Of a stretch of DNA of 64,000 nt, positions 1 to 8,754 are shown piece by piece. The DNA is from an uncultured Eubacteriales bacterium. GTDB taxonomy: Bacteria; Bacillota; Clostridia; Christensenellales; CAG-138. Below the pieces are notes generated by a model. It was given only the letters and a program-made list of their open reading frames with translations. It had not been told where the DNA came from and searched no databases. Within the stretch, counting starts at the first letter, position 1; every line of letters starts with the position of its first letter. The DNA is taken from NCBI GenBank assembly GCA_902765005.1, contig CACWYB010000002.1, forward strand, positions 141,058 through 205,057. The letters run 5' to 3'. The translations under genes and the position numbers were made by a program.

Positions 1-663
1 GTTGTGGAGGAGACCCCGGTTGAGGAGATTCCCGCCGAGGACCCCGAGCAGGTTGTCGAAGAGCCCGTCGTGATCCCTGCAGCCCCCGTTGTGGAAGAGA
101 TTCCGGATGAAGAGATTCCCCTTGCAGCGCCTGAGCTGATCGTCGAAGAGCCTGCCGTGATCCCTGCAGCCCCCGTTGTGGAAGAGATCCCGGATGAAGA
201 GATCCCTCTTGCAGCGCCTGAGCTGATCGTCGAAGAGTCTGCTGAAATCCCGGCCCCCGAAGTGGTTGAGATCCCGGATGAAGAGATCCCTCTTGCAGCG
301 CTCGAGCTGACCGCGGAAGAGTCCGCTGCGATCCCGGCCTCCGGAGCCGCGTGGGCGCTGGTCAATCTGATCGCGTGCCTGCTGACCGTGCTGCTGGCGG
401 TGATCAAACTGGTCGGTCGTCATGAGAAAGAAGACAACAACGAAGAAAAGAAAACCCGCATCAACCTGAGCTTCGTCATTCCCGCCGTCGCCTCCGTAAT
501 CCTCTTTATCCTGACCGAAAACATGCGTAACCCCATGGTTATGTTCGATAGCTGGACGCCCGTGATGCTGGCCCTTCTTGCGGCAAACTGCCTGTTGACC
601 CTGGTTTCCTCCCTCCGGAGCAACAGAGAGTACAAAACGGACCTGTCTTGGAAAATCGGGTAA
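1..663 (+). CDS. repeat-rich acidic/proline-rich membrane-anchored protein, C-terminal part (5' end outside window)
   Basis: Frame is open from base 1 to TAA 661-663. It contains 29-aa units (PAAPVVEEIPDEEIPLAAPELIVEEPAVI). The C-terminal third has hydrophobic helices (AAWALVNLIACLLTVLLAVI, FVIPAVASVILFILT, PVMLALLAANCLLTLV). A hairpin terminator follows. Confidence 0.55.
   Translation, partial: VVEETPVEEIPAEDPEQVVEEPVVIPAAPVVEEIPDEEIPLAAPELIVEEPAVIPAAPVVEEIPDEEIPLAAPELIVEESAEIPAPEVVEIPDEEIPLAALELTAEESAAIPASGAAWALVNLIACLLTVLLAVIKLVGRHEKEDNNEEKKTRINLSFVIPAVASVILFILTENMRNPMVMFDSWTPVMLALLAANCLLTLVSSLRSNREYKTDLSWKIG
70..330 (+). repeat. in-frame 87-nt (29-codon) tandem repeat: two near-identical copies plus a diverged third
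   Basis: The unit beginning gtgatccctgcagcccccgttgtggaagag at 70 recurs at 157 (offset 87). A third, diverged copy starts at about 241. Confidence 0.85.
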
Positions 664-729
664 TGAAACAGCTTCATGATGATTCCGTAACTTAGCGTTC
701 TTGTATCGAACAAACCAAAATAGACTAAA

Positions 730-765
730 CTGCATCCCTTCTGACAAAAGGGATGCAGTTTTTTT
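730..765. terminator. bidirectional rho-independent terminator between convergent genes
   Basis: Stem ctgcatccctt (730-740) pairs with aagggatgcag (748-758), followed by T7. The flank on the opposite strand is also T-rich. Confidence 0.8.
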
Positions 766-860
766 CGGTAGGCTTTGTTTGCCGATCAAGACCTTGCTGC
801 GGATGCAGAAATTGCATACCGCTGACAATACTGCCGTTGCTTCTCTCTTCTCTTCAGCCA

Positions 861-2072
861 TCAGGCATTGAACACATACTTGTCCAGCCGACGGAAGGCT
901 TCCGCCACCCGGTCATGGGGCAGGGCCAGGTTCATGCGGATGTGGCAGGGGCCGTGGAACATGGTGCCGTCCTGTACCACCACGCCCACATCCCAGCAGG
1001 CCTTTTCCAGCTCCTGGATGGTCTTGCCATGGGCTTGGCACCACTCGGTGCAGTCCACAAAGAGCATGTAGGTGGCTTCGGAGCGGAAGGTCTTCACGCC
1101 CTCAAAGTGTGCCTCGATATAGTCGCAGGCGTAGTTGATGTTGCCGGAAAGGACTTTCAGCAGCTGATCCACCCACTCCTGGCCCTCGGGCTTGTAGGCC
1201 CCGATGAGGGCGTGCATGGACAGCACGTTCATGCTGTTGTAATGGCTCAGGGAGGACTCCTTGTCCATCCGATCCCGCCACCACTTGTTGTACACGATGT
1301 GGTAGCTGCCCACCAAGCCCGCCAGGCTGAAGGTCTTGCTGGGGGCATAGAAGGCGGCGGTCCGCTGCCGGGCGTCCGGGCTCACGGACTGGGTGGGGGT
1401 GTGCTTGTGGCCGTTCATCATCAGATCGGACCAGATCTCATCGGAGATCACGTACACGTCGTATCGTTTGAACAGCTCCATGGCCTGCTCCAACTCCCCC
1501 CGTTCCCAAGCCCGGCCGCAGGGGTTGTGGGGGTTGCACAGGATGGCGGCGTGGATGTTCTGCGCCTTGAGTTTTTGCTCCATGTCCGCAAAGTCCATGC
1601 GCCACACGCCCTTTTCATCCTGAACGAGGGGGCTGTGGACCAGGTCGTAGCCGTTGTTGGTCAGGGCCATGGTGAAGCCGATGTAGGTGGGGGAATGGAC
1701 CAGCACCTTGTCGCCCCGGGAGCAGACCACGTTCAGCGCCGTGATAACGCCCCCCAGGACGCCGTTCTCATAGCCGATGTGCTCCTTATGAAGGCCCGTA
1801 ACGCCGTTGCGGGTCTCCTGCCAGCGGATGATGCTCTCGAAATACTCCTCCCGGGGGGAGAAGTAGCCGAAGCAGGGGTGCTGCGTCCGCTCGATGATGG
1901 CCTGTTGCACCGTGGGCACCACGGCGAAGTTCATGTCCGCCACCCACATGGGGATGGAGTCAAAGCCTTCCCGGGGGGCGTCCGGGGCAAAGCCCGGCAT
2001 GGTCCCCAGGGCATCCACGGCCAGGGCATCCTTCCCCCGCCGGTCAATGATGGAGGTAAAGTCGTAGGTCAT
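861..2072 (-). CDS. PatB/MalY-type class I/II aminotransferase (cystathionine beta-lyase-like C-S lyase)
   Basis: 403 aa. The N-terminus MTYDFTSIIDRRGKDALAVD and the PLP-lysine context YAPSKTFSLAG are typical of this family. The overlapping 448-aa plus-strand ORF is a GC shadow. Confidence 0.8.
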   Translation of the reverse strand: MTYDFTSIIDRRGKDALAVDALGTMPGFAPDAPREGFDSIPMWVADMNFAVVPTVQQAIIERTQHPCFGYFSPREEYFESIIRWQETRNGVTGLHKEHIGYENGVLGGVITALNVVCSRGDKVLVHSPTYIGFTMALTNNGYDLVHSPLVQDEKGVWRMDFADMEQKLKAQNIHAAILCNPHNPCGRAWERGELEQAMELFKRYDVYVISDEIWSDLMMNGHKHTPTQSVSPDARQRTAAFYAPSKTFSLAGLVGSYHIVYNKWWRDRMDKESSLSHYNSMNVLSMHALIGAYKPEGQEWVDQLLKVLSGNINYACDYIEAHFEGVKTFRSEATYMLFVDCTEWCQAHGKTIQELEKACWDVGVVVQDGTMFHGPCHIRMNLALPHDRVAEAFRRLDKYVFNA

Positions 2073-2135
2073 GTCGAGAAAGTTCTCCTTTATACATAAA
2101 ATGCAGGATTGCCGTTTGTCCCCTCACAAGGCCCG

Positions 2136-4589
2136 TCAGGAGCCGGATTCGGTGGCGTCCACCCAGTAGGCGGAGGTGGTGCCTTCGTCGTAGTAGGCCA
2201 CCTCGTCCACCCGGTCAAAGGCGCTGACCAGGGCGTCCAGGGCGGCCATGTGGGCGTCGATGGTCTCCTTGGGGAAGAAGACCTGCCGCACATAGGCGCT
2301 GGCGAAGGTGCCCACATCCCACTGGCTGGGGAACTGGGCGGGGTCGGTGAGCCAGTTCATGTACACGTAGCCGATCATGCCGCAGAAGGCGCCGTAACCC
2401 GTCTTCTGCAGGGTGGAGGGCACGTAGACCTTGATGAAGTTGTCGAAGGGCGGGGTACCGTTGGGCGTGACCTCCGGGTGCTCCGCGGCCTCCTCCGGGG
2501 TGTAGAGGTAGTAGGTCCAGAACTTTACCTGGTACCGGCGGCCGGCTTCGCCGAAGGCGAACTCGCCCAGCTCCTCCACGCCCTCCTCCAGGGTGATGGA
2601 GAGCACGTCCTCGCAGTTGGAGAAGCAGCTGTTGGGCACCACCTTCACCGTGCCGGGGACTACGATGTCCACCAGGCCCGTGTAGGAGAGGGCGCCCTCC
2701 CCCAGCTCCTCCACGTTCTTGAGGTCGAGAGAAGTCAACCCCCGCCGGCCGGAGATGGCGTACCGGGGGATCACCTTCAAAGAGGCGGGGAGGGTGAGGG
2801 ACTGCAAGGTGGTGTCGTCCCAGTCAGTGTCGCCCAGGAAGTCCTCGCCCAGGGCCACGCAGCCCTCGCCGATGGTCACGCTGCCCACGGCCGCGTTATA
2901 CAGGATGGACCGGGCGGACAAATCCGCGTTGGGGCCGAAGGTCACCTGGCTGAATCGGGCGCCGTTGAGCACGCTGTAGCCATAGACCACCCCGTCCGCC
3001 GGGCTGAGGAACCGGCCCGCGCCGGCGCCCGCGTTCATAAAGGCGTTGTTGCCGATCTTCCGAACGGTTTCGGGCAGGAGCACGTCCCCCAGGGCGGCGC
3101 AGCCCCGAAAGGCGTCGGTGTCGATAACCTGCAGGCCGTTTCCGAAGGTGACGGATTCCAGGGCCGTGCAGCCCTCGAAGGCGTAGCTGTTGATGTAGGT
3201 CAGAGAGTTGGGGAGGACCACTTCCTTCAGGCTGGTGCAGCCCTGGAAGGTGGCGTAGCCGATCCGCTGAATCCCCTCGGCAAGCACCACCTTGGTGATG
3301 GCGGTGTTGTCCTTGAAGACCTCGGTGTTGATGCCAGTAATCTGCGTTTGGCCGATCTGGGCGGGGATCAGTATCTCCGTGGCGTCGCCGGTGTAGGCGG
3401 AGATCTCGTTCACGTTGTTGCACTCAAAGCCTTCCGCGTCCTTGAGATCGTCCTCCGGGTTGTGGAAGCTCTCCGGCTCCAGCACCACGCTCTCCATGAT
3501 GCGCCGGAAGGTGTCCCCCTCCGCGTAGGCCCAGAGGGCCTCGTCATCGATGCAGTTCAGGATGGACAGGCGCACATAGGCCGCGTGGTATGCGGTGAAG
3601 TCCGTGTACAGCTCCAGGCGTTTGCTGGTCTCCCCGGACAGGGTGGCGGTGATCACGCCGCCGTACCACGACCTGCCGTTGAAGGTCAGGGTCCGGTAGT
3701 CCGGGGTGATGTATCCCGCCGCCACCTTGGGATCGGCGGAGGGATAGGTGCCGAAGTAGATGGAGCCCTTCTCCTCCCCGTAGAGGGTGGCCCACAGGGT
3801 GTCCCTGTCGTTGGTGCCGGGCTGCCAGCGGGCGGGGAAGCTGACCTTCATGCCCGCAAAGGCGATGTCCGCGGAGGCGACGCGGGTCTCAAAGGTATTC
3901 TTGTGCAGGAGGATGTTCAGATCTTCGTCCCCCAGGATGGTGTCCAAAGGATCCATGGACCCTGCGGGCAGGGCCACATCCACCTCAAGACCGCTCCAAT
4001 CCTTCACCATCAGGTTGCCGAAGTCAAAGAACAGAATCAGGTGTCCCTCCTTGAAGGAGGAGTAGACCTGGGCGGAATCGTCCCATGCCGGGTTCCGCTC
4101 AAAGGCCAGGCTGCTGACGCGGATGCTCTCGTCCGCGTAGACGCCGGTTTGATCCTCCGCCACCGCGTTCCGGTAGAAGGCCGAGCCCTGGACGCTGGCG
4201 GCGATCTTCTCCAGCTCGATCAGCCGCTGCTCCGTCCGGCGCAGGGACAGGGGGGTGAAGGTGGCCGTCCAGGCCCCCTCGGGATCGGTGAACAGGAGCG
4301 ATTCCCCCTGATCCGCCGGGCCCTCGGCCATGGCCTTGCTGACGGTGATCTTCATGCCGCCGTATTCGTATTCGTAGGTCCAGAAGGGAACCAGGTCCAC
4401 CTTGGCAGGGGCCTTCGGTTCCGCTGTGGGGGCGGTGGTTTCGGCGGGTTTAACGGTGGCGGCGGGTGCCTCCGTTTCCACGGGCGCAACCGTGGGCAGA
4501 GGCTTTTCGTCGGGCTTGGCGCAGGCAAGAGCGCCCAGCAGCAGGCACAGGGCCAGGGTCGCGGCCAACCATTTTTTCCTTTTCTCCAT
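2136..4589 (-). CDS. BspA-type leucine-rich-repeat surface (lipo)protein
   Basis: 817 aa. It has a signal/lipobox-like N-terminus (MEKRKKWLAATLALCLLLGALAC). A run of ~23-aa LRRs is present (IGYATFQGCTSLKEVVLPNSLTYINSYAFEGCTALESVTFGNGLQVIDTDAFRGCAAL). AGGAGG lies upstream of the ATG. Confidence 0.8.
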   Translation of the reverse strand: MEKRKKWLAATLALCLLLGALACAKPDEKPLPTVAPVETEAPAATVKPAETTAPTAEPKAPAKVDLVPFWTYEYEYGGMKITVSKAMAEGPADQGESLLFTDPEGAWTATFTPLSLRRTEQRLIELEKIAASVQGSAFYRNAVAEDQTGVYADESIRVSSLAFERNPAWDDSAQVYSSFKEGHLILFFDFGNLMVKDWSGLEVDVALPAGSMDPLDTILGDEDLNILLHKNTFETRVASADIAFAGMKVSFPARWQPGTNDRDTLWATLYGEEKGSIYFGTYPSADPKVAAGYITPDYRTLTFNGRSWYGGVITATLSGETSKRLELYTDFTAYHAAYVRLSILNCIDDEALWAYAEGDTFRRIMESVVLEPESFHNPEDDLKDAEGFECNNVNEISAYTGDATEILIPAQIGQTQITGINTEVFKDNTAITKVVLAEGIQRIGYATFQGCTSLKEVVLPNSLTYINSYAFEGCTALESVTFGNGLQVIDTDAFRGCAALGDVLLPETVRKIGNNAFMNAGAGAGRFLSPADGVVYGYSVLNGARFSQVTFGPNADLSARSILYNAAVGSVTIGEGCVALGEDFLGDTDWDDTTLQSLTLPASLKVIPRYAISGRRGLTSLDLKNVEELGEGALSYTGLVDIVVPGTVKVVPNSCFSNCEDVLSITLEEGVEELGEFAFGEAGRRYQVKFWTYYLYTPEEAAEHPEVTPNGTPPFDNFIKVYVPSTLQKTGYGAFCGMIGYVYMNWLTDPAQFPSQWDVGTFASAYVRQVFFPKETIDAHMAALDALVSAFDRVDEVAYYDEGTTSAYWVDATESGS

Positions 4590-4799
4590 GGGGGCCTCCT
4601 CCTTTGTGTGGATTCAGGTTCAGTATATCAATTCTTGCCGGCCTTTGCAATTCTCTTGGCGCCGAATGCCCCGTTTTTTCCGCGCCGCCCTTGCACCCAT
4701 TCACAAATTAACCTTTTGTTAAACCTGCCGCGGGGCCCTTGCGCCGGGCGGGGAATGTGGCTACAATAGCCATGGACCACGAAGAGGGAGGCCAACGTC

Positions 4800-4910
4800 A
4801 TGGAAGATCAAACCACCCAGCAGACCCAGCAGAACGACCAGCCCTACGAAGAGGAGCCCATGACCGGCACCATCCCCTTTGAGGAGCTCATCCGGGAGCT
4901 GCGGTACTAA
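4800..4910 (+). CDS. possible 36-aa acidic/Gln-rich small protein (MEDQTTQQTQQNDQPYEEEPMTGTIPFEELIRELRY)
   Basis: GAGGGAGG lies 7-8 nt upstream of the ATG. A possible TTGCGC-17-TACAAT promoter sits at about 4737-4766. The shared terminator at 5004-5035 lies downstream. I recognise no homology. Confidence 0.3.
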   Translation: MEDQTTQQTQQNDQPYEEEPMTGTIPFEELIRELRY

Positions 4911-5003
4911 GTTTCGTTTTTCGGAAACAAGCCCGGTTGCCCCACTCGCCCACACCTTTGAAGGGCGAAGGATTCGTGCCCCCTTTTATTATCCCCCCAA
5001 AAA

Positions 5004-5035
5004 CCAAAAAGGCCCGATGTTTCGGGCCTTTTTAC
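5004..5035. terminator. bidirectional rho-independent terminator (end of the met operon)
   Basis: ggcccga (5011-5017) pairs with tcgggcc (5022-5028). An A-run lies 5' and a T-run 3'. Confidence 0.75.
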
Positions 5036-5049
5036 TGTATTTGGAAAGC

Positions 5050-5871
5050 TTAGAAAATGGGGACCACGGCGCCCTGGTAGGTGGCGTTGATGAAGGTGCG
5101 GACCTCCTCGCTGGTCAGGGCCTTGAAGAGGGCCTGGATGGCGGCGTCGTTCTCCCGGCCTTCCTTCACGCAGAGCACGTTGGCGTAGGTCTGGGCGCCG
5201 GAGCCGGAGGCGTCCTCCAGGGCCAGGGCGTCGGTGCTGGCGTTGAGGCCGGCCTGCAGGGCGTAGTTGCCGTTGATGACGCCGAAGTCAAGGTCGCTGA
5301 GGGCCTTGGGGATCTGGGCGGCCTCCATCTCCACGATGTCTACGTTCTTGGGGTTCTCGGCGATGTCCAGGATGGTGGCGTTGGAGGAGGCGTCGATGCC
5401 CTCCTTCAGGGTGATGATGCCCTCCTGCTGCAGCAGGAGCAGGGCCCGGGTCTCGTTGCTGCCGTCGTTGGGCACGCCGATGCGGGCGCCGTCGGGCAGG
5501 TCGCTGAGGGCCTTCACCTTGCCGGCGTAGATGCCGAAGGGCTCATAGTGGACCAGGCCCACGGACACCAGGTGGGTCTTATTCTCGGCGTTGAAGGTGT
5601 TCAGATACGGCGTGTGCTGGAAGTAGTTGGCGTCCAGGCTCCCGTCCTCCACGGCGGTGTTGGGCTGGACATAGTCGGTGTATTCGATCACGTTCAGGGT
5701 GATGCCCTCTTTCTCCAGGAGCTTGGCGGCCTCCCGCAGGATCTCCGCGTGGGGGGTGATGCTGGCACCCACCTTCAGGGTGGTGGCGGTGGCTTCTTCG
5801 GCCTTCTTGCCGCAGGCGGCAAAGGAGAGGATGAGAACGAGGGTCAGGATGATGGCGATGGTCTTTTTCAT
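5050..5871 (-). CDS. metQ: methionine ABC transporter substrate-binding lipoprotein (NlpA/MetQ family)
   Basis: 273 aa with lipobox LILSFAAC. The NlpA-family pattern is present (LKVGASITPHAEIL, IEYTDYVQPNTAVEDGSLDANYFQH). It is the last gene of metN-metI-metQ. Confidence 0.9.
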   Translation of the reverse strand: MKKTIAIILTLVLILSFAACGKKAEEATATTLKVGASITPHAEILREAAKLLEKEGITLNVIEYTDYVQPNTAVEDGSLDANYFQHTPYLNTFNAENKTHLVSVGLVHYEPFGIYAGKVKALSDLPDGARIGVPNDGSNETRALLLLQQEGIITLKEGIDASSNATILDIAENPKNVDIVEMEAAQIPKALSDLDFGVINGNYALQAGLNASTDALALEDASGSGAQTYANVLCVKEGRENDAAIQALFKALTSEEVRTFINATYQGAVVPIF

Positions 5872-5900
5872 GGGTGTATTCTCCTTATAATTTTTCTAAT

Positions 5901-6572
5901 TCAGTCTTTTTCCCGGATGCGTCTGTCGGTGCGGTGGGCGATCCGGCTGCCCACCTCCTGGAATATCTGCACGATGAGGACCAGCAGGATGACCATGATG
6001 AGCATGATCTGGCTGTTGCTCCTGTAGTAGCCGTAGTTGATGGCGATGGCCCCCAGGCCGCCGCCGCCCACGATGCCGGCCATGGCCGAGTAGCCCAGGA
6101 TGGTGGTGAGGGCGATGGCGCCGCCGGTGATGAGGGAGGGCTTGGCCTCGGGCAGGATCACCCGCAGCAGGATCTGCCGGGGGGAGGCGCCCATGGACAG
6201 GGCCGCTTCGATAACGCCCCGGTCCACCTCACGGGCGGAGGATTCCACCATCCGGGCGATGAAGGGCGCCGCGGCGATGGTGAGGGGGGAGAGGGTGGCC
6301 TTGGAGCCGATGGTGGTGCCCATGATGGCCCGGGTCACGGGCATGACCCACACCAGCAGGATGATGAAAGGCACGGACCGCAGCAGGTTGATGACCACCC
6401 CCAGCACCCGGTTGAACACCGGCATGGGCTTTAATCCCTGAGGATCCGTGAGGATCAGCAGCAATCCGAGGGGCAGCCCGATGGCGTAGGCCACCAGGGT
6501 GGAGCCCAGGGTCATATAGAGGGTCTCCCAAAATCCCTTCACAATGAGGGAAAGCATTTCGGTCAACTGCAC
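5901..6572 (-). CDS. metI: methionine ABC transporter permease
   Basis: 223 aa, polytopic, with an EAA-type loop (EAALSMGASPRQILLRVILPEAKPSL). It abuts the metN stop. Confidence 0.9.
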   Translation of the reverse strand: MQLTEMLSLIVKGFWETLYMTLGSTLVAYAIGLPLGLLLILTDPQGLKPMPVFNRVLGVVINLLRSVPFIILLVWVMPVTRAIMGTTIGSKATLSPLTIAAAPFIARMVESSAREVDRGVIEAALSMGASPRQILLRVILPEAKPSLITGGAIALTTILGYSAMAGIVGGGGLGAIAINYGYYRSNSQIMLIMVILLVLIVQIFQEVGSRIAHRTDRRIREKD

Positions 6573-7583
6573 TTAGATCACCTCCTCAAAGGAAACCTCC
6601 GCCTGACGGAGAAATCCCAGCATGTTTTCTATGATCGTTTCGTCCTCCGGCAGCTGAAGGATCATCTGTCCGTAAAGACGGCCGTTCAAACTTCTTGTAT
6701 CGGCAAAAACAATGCTCACCGGAGCGCCGGTGTGGAGCACCATCTGCGCCACCAAGGGCTTATCGGTCCGCTCCCGCCCGTCGAAGGTGATGCGGAGGAA
6801 CCGGCCGGCGCCGAAGGTCTCCCGGGCGGGGGACTGGCTGCCGGGGACGATGAGCTGCCGGGCCGCCAGGCTCTTGGGCTGGCGGAAGATCTCCTCCACC
6901 GTGCCCAGCTCCTCGATCTTATTGTCCGCCAGGATGGCCACCCGGTGGCAGACCGCCTCCACTACCTTCATCTCATGGGTGATGATGACCACGGTCACGT
7001 TCAGCTCCCGGTTCAGCTCCTTCAAAAGGTCCAGGATGGAGAGGGTGGTGGTGGGGTCCAGGGCCGAGGTGGCTTCGTCGCACAGGAGCACCTTGGGGTC
7101 CGTGGAGAGGGCCCGGGCGATGGCCACCCGCTGGCACTGGCCGCCGGAGAGCTGGGCGGGATAGGCGTCCGTCTTGTCGGAAAGGCCCACCCGGTCCAGG
7201 AGCTTTTCCGCCTTTTTCCGGGCTTCCTTCCGGGGCGTTCCCGCCAGCAGCAGGGGGAAGCACACGTTGTCCAGCACGGTCTTCTGCATGAGCAGGTTGA
7301 AGCCCTGAAAAATCATGCCGATGCTCCGCCGCTCCAGCCTAAGGTCCTTTTCGCTCAGGGCGGTGAGCTCCCGCCCGTTGACGATCACCGTGCCCGCCGT
7401 GGGCTTCTCCAGCAGGTTGATGCAGCGCACCAGGGTGCTCTTGCCCGCCCCGGAGAGGCCGATGACCCCGAAGATCTCGCCCTCGTAGATGGTGAGGTCC
7501 ACGTCCTTGAGGGCCGTGACGGCGGTGCTCCCGGTGCCGAAAATCTTGGTAATGCCCTTCAATTCAATGATTGGCTTTGCCAT
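6573..7583 (-). CDS. metN: methionine ABC transporter ATP-binding protein with C-terminal NIL domain
   Basis: Start taken at MAKPIIELKGITKIF (ATG 7583-7581) with a GGAAGGAA RBS. Walker A is GLSGAGKST, the signature is LSGGQCQRV, and Walker B is LLCDEATSALD. The 75-codon upstream extension in the ORF track overlaps the T-box leader. Confidence 0.9.
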   Translation of the reverse strand: MAKPIIELKGITKIFGTGSTAVTALKDVDLTIYEGEIFGVIGLSGAGKSTLVRCINLLEKPTAGTVIVNGRELTALSEKDLRLERRSIGMIFQGFNLLMQKTVLDNVCFPLLLAGTPRKEARKKAEKLLDRVGLSDKTDAYPAQLSGGQCQRVAIARALSTDPKVLLCDEATSALDPTTTLSILDLLKELNRELNVTVVIITHEMKVVEAVCHRVAILADNKIEELGTVEEIFRQPKSLAARQLIVPGSQSPARETFGAGRFLRITFDGRERTDKPLVAQMVLHTGAPVSIVFADTRSLNGRLYGQMILQLPEDETIIENMLGFLRQAEVSFEEVI

Positions 7584-7875
7584 AACGCCTTTTGTTCCTT
7601 CCTTCTCTCCAACAAAATACCCCTGACTAAGCATAGTCAGGGGCGAATATATCGCGGTACCACCTTGATTTCGCGCCGGCCTCGCGGCCAACGCCTCACG
7701 AAGAGCCATCACTCTTCTGCGCGATGACGGGCGCACCCGTCGTGGACTACATCTCGCCCACGCGGCTCCGGGACCATGTTCCCCGATCCATCCGCACCCC
7801 GCTTCCACCTTATCGGGGCTCTCTTGGCCGTACCTGATCGAGTACTCTTCCCTTCACAGCCTTTTCATATAGGAT
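7584..7875 (-). promoter_or_regulatory. T-box leader (probable Met specifier) with terminator/antiterminator
   Basis: On the minus strand I see AGAGAG, then a GGUGGAA distal-loop motif (GNUGGNA). A stem ccccgat/atcgggg closes on GAAC-AUG-G (AUG = 7777-7775). The T-box AAUCAAGGUGGUACCGCG lies at 7670-7653. The terminator cccctgac...gtcagggg (7643-7621) is followed by UAUUUUGUU. Confidence 0.75.
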
Positions 7876-7882
7876 TGGGTGC

Positions 7883-7911
7883 AGTTTACTCCAATTTTAC
7901 CCGCTTGTCAA
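7883..7911 (-). promoter_or_regulatory. sigma-A-type promoter of the T-box/metNIQ transcript
   Basis: On the minus strand, TTGACA (7911-7906) is separated by 17 nt from TAAACT (7888-7883). Confidence 0.55.
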
Positions 7912-8009
7912 GGGAGAATATACTATTTTTTCGTCGATGGGCCCAGGCCGTTGCAAATCCGGCGCAGGTGGGGTAAACTGTTGAAAACGGGCGCAGGGAG
8001 GGAAGGCCT

Positions 8010-8750
8010 ATGCGGTACAAGGAATTTGGCCCGGCCGGGGCAAAGCCCCTGGTGCTGCTCCATGGCGGCGGCCTGAACTGGTGGAATTTTCGGGAAGCGG
8101 CCCGGGCGCTGGCAGGGACGTATCATGTGGTGCTGCCCATCCTGGACGGCCACGGCGGGAGCGATCGGCCCTTCACCTCCATCGAGGACAACGCCCGGGA
8201 GATTTTGTCCTGGATGGATGAGCGCCTGGGCGGCCGGGTGGCCCTGCTGGGAGGCCTGTCCCTGGGGGCCCAGGTGGCGGTGGAGATGCTCCATCAGCGG
8301 CCGGACCTTTGCGACGCTGCCCTGGTGGAGAGCGCCGCCCTTATCCCGGATCGGCTCACCCATGCTCTGGTGGGACCCGCTTTCGGCAGCAGCTATGGCC
8401 TCATCAAAAAGCCCTGGTTCGCCCGCCTGCAGTTTCGATCCCTTCATATGGACCCGGCCCTGTTTGAGGACTACTATGGGGACACCTGCGCTTTGGAGAA
8501 GCGGGACATGATCGCCTTTCTCCGGGCCAGCGCCGCCTATGCCCTGCCGGATTTATCCGCGGTGACGGCCCGGGTGGCCGTCTATGTGGGGGAGAAGGAG
8601 AACGGCCGGATGCAGCAATCCGCCCGCCGGCTCACGGCGGCCCTGCCCCAGGCGACCCTCCACACCCTGCCCGGCCTCTATCACGGGGAATTCTCCCTGA
8701 ACCACGGGCTGGAGTACGCCCGGGCGGTGGAGACCCTTTTGGAACGCTGA
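8010..8750 (+). CDS. alpha/beta-fold hydrolase
   Basis: 246 aa with the oxyanion-type LLHGGG and the nucleophile elbow GLSLG. Confidence 0.75.
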   Translation: MRYKEFGPAGAKPLVLLHGGGLNWWNFREAARALAGTYHVVLPILDGHGGSDRPFTSIEDNAREILSWMDERLGGRVALLGGLSLGAQVAVEMLHQRPDLCDAALVESAALIPDRLTHALVGPAFGSSYGLIKKPWFARLQFRSLHMDPALFEDYYGDTCALEKRDMIAFLRASAAYALPDLSAVTARVAVYVGEKENGRMQQSARRLTAALPQATLHTLPGLYHGEFSLNHGLEYARAVETLLER

Positions 8751-8754
8751 TACG

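Noticed and set aside
753-7727. Long plus-strand ORFs (753-2099, 2109-4769, 4879-6027, 6732-7727) overlapping the lyase, LRR and metQIN genes
   Set aside because: They lie antisense to genes with clear family motifs. Their translations are Gly/Ala/Arg/His/Pro/Val-rich low-complexity strings typical of stop-poor shadow frames in GC-rich DNA. None has an RBS or a recognisable motif.
7584-7808. N-terminal 75-codon extension of metN (ORF track start 7808), and an expected S-box (SAM-I) riboswitch
   Set aside because: The extension is Arg/Ala/Pro-rich and overlaps a T-box leader with its terminator, and an RBS precedes ATG 7583. I looked for S-box hallmarks and found T-box hallmarks instead (GGUGGUACCGCG).
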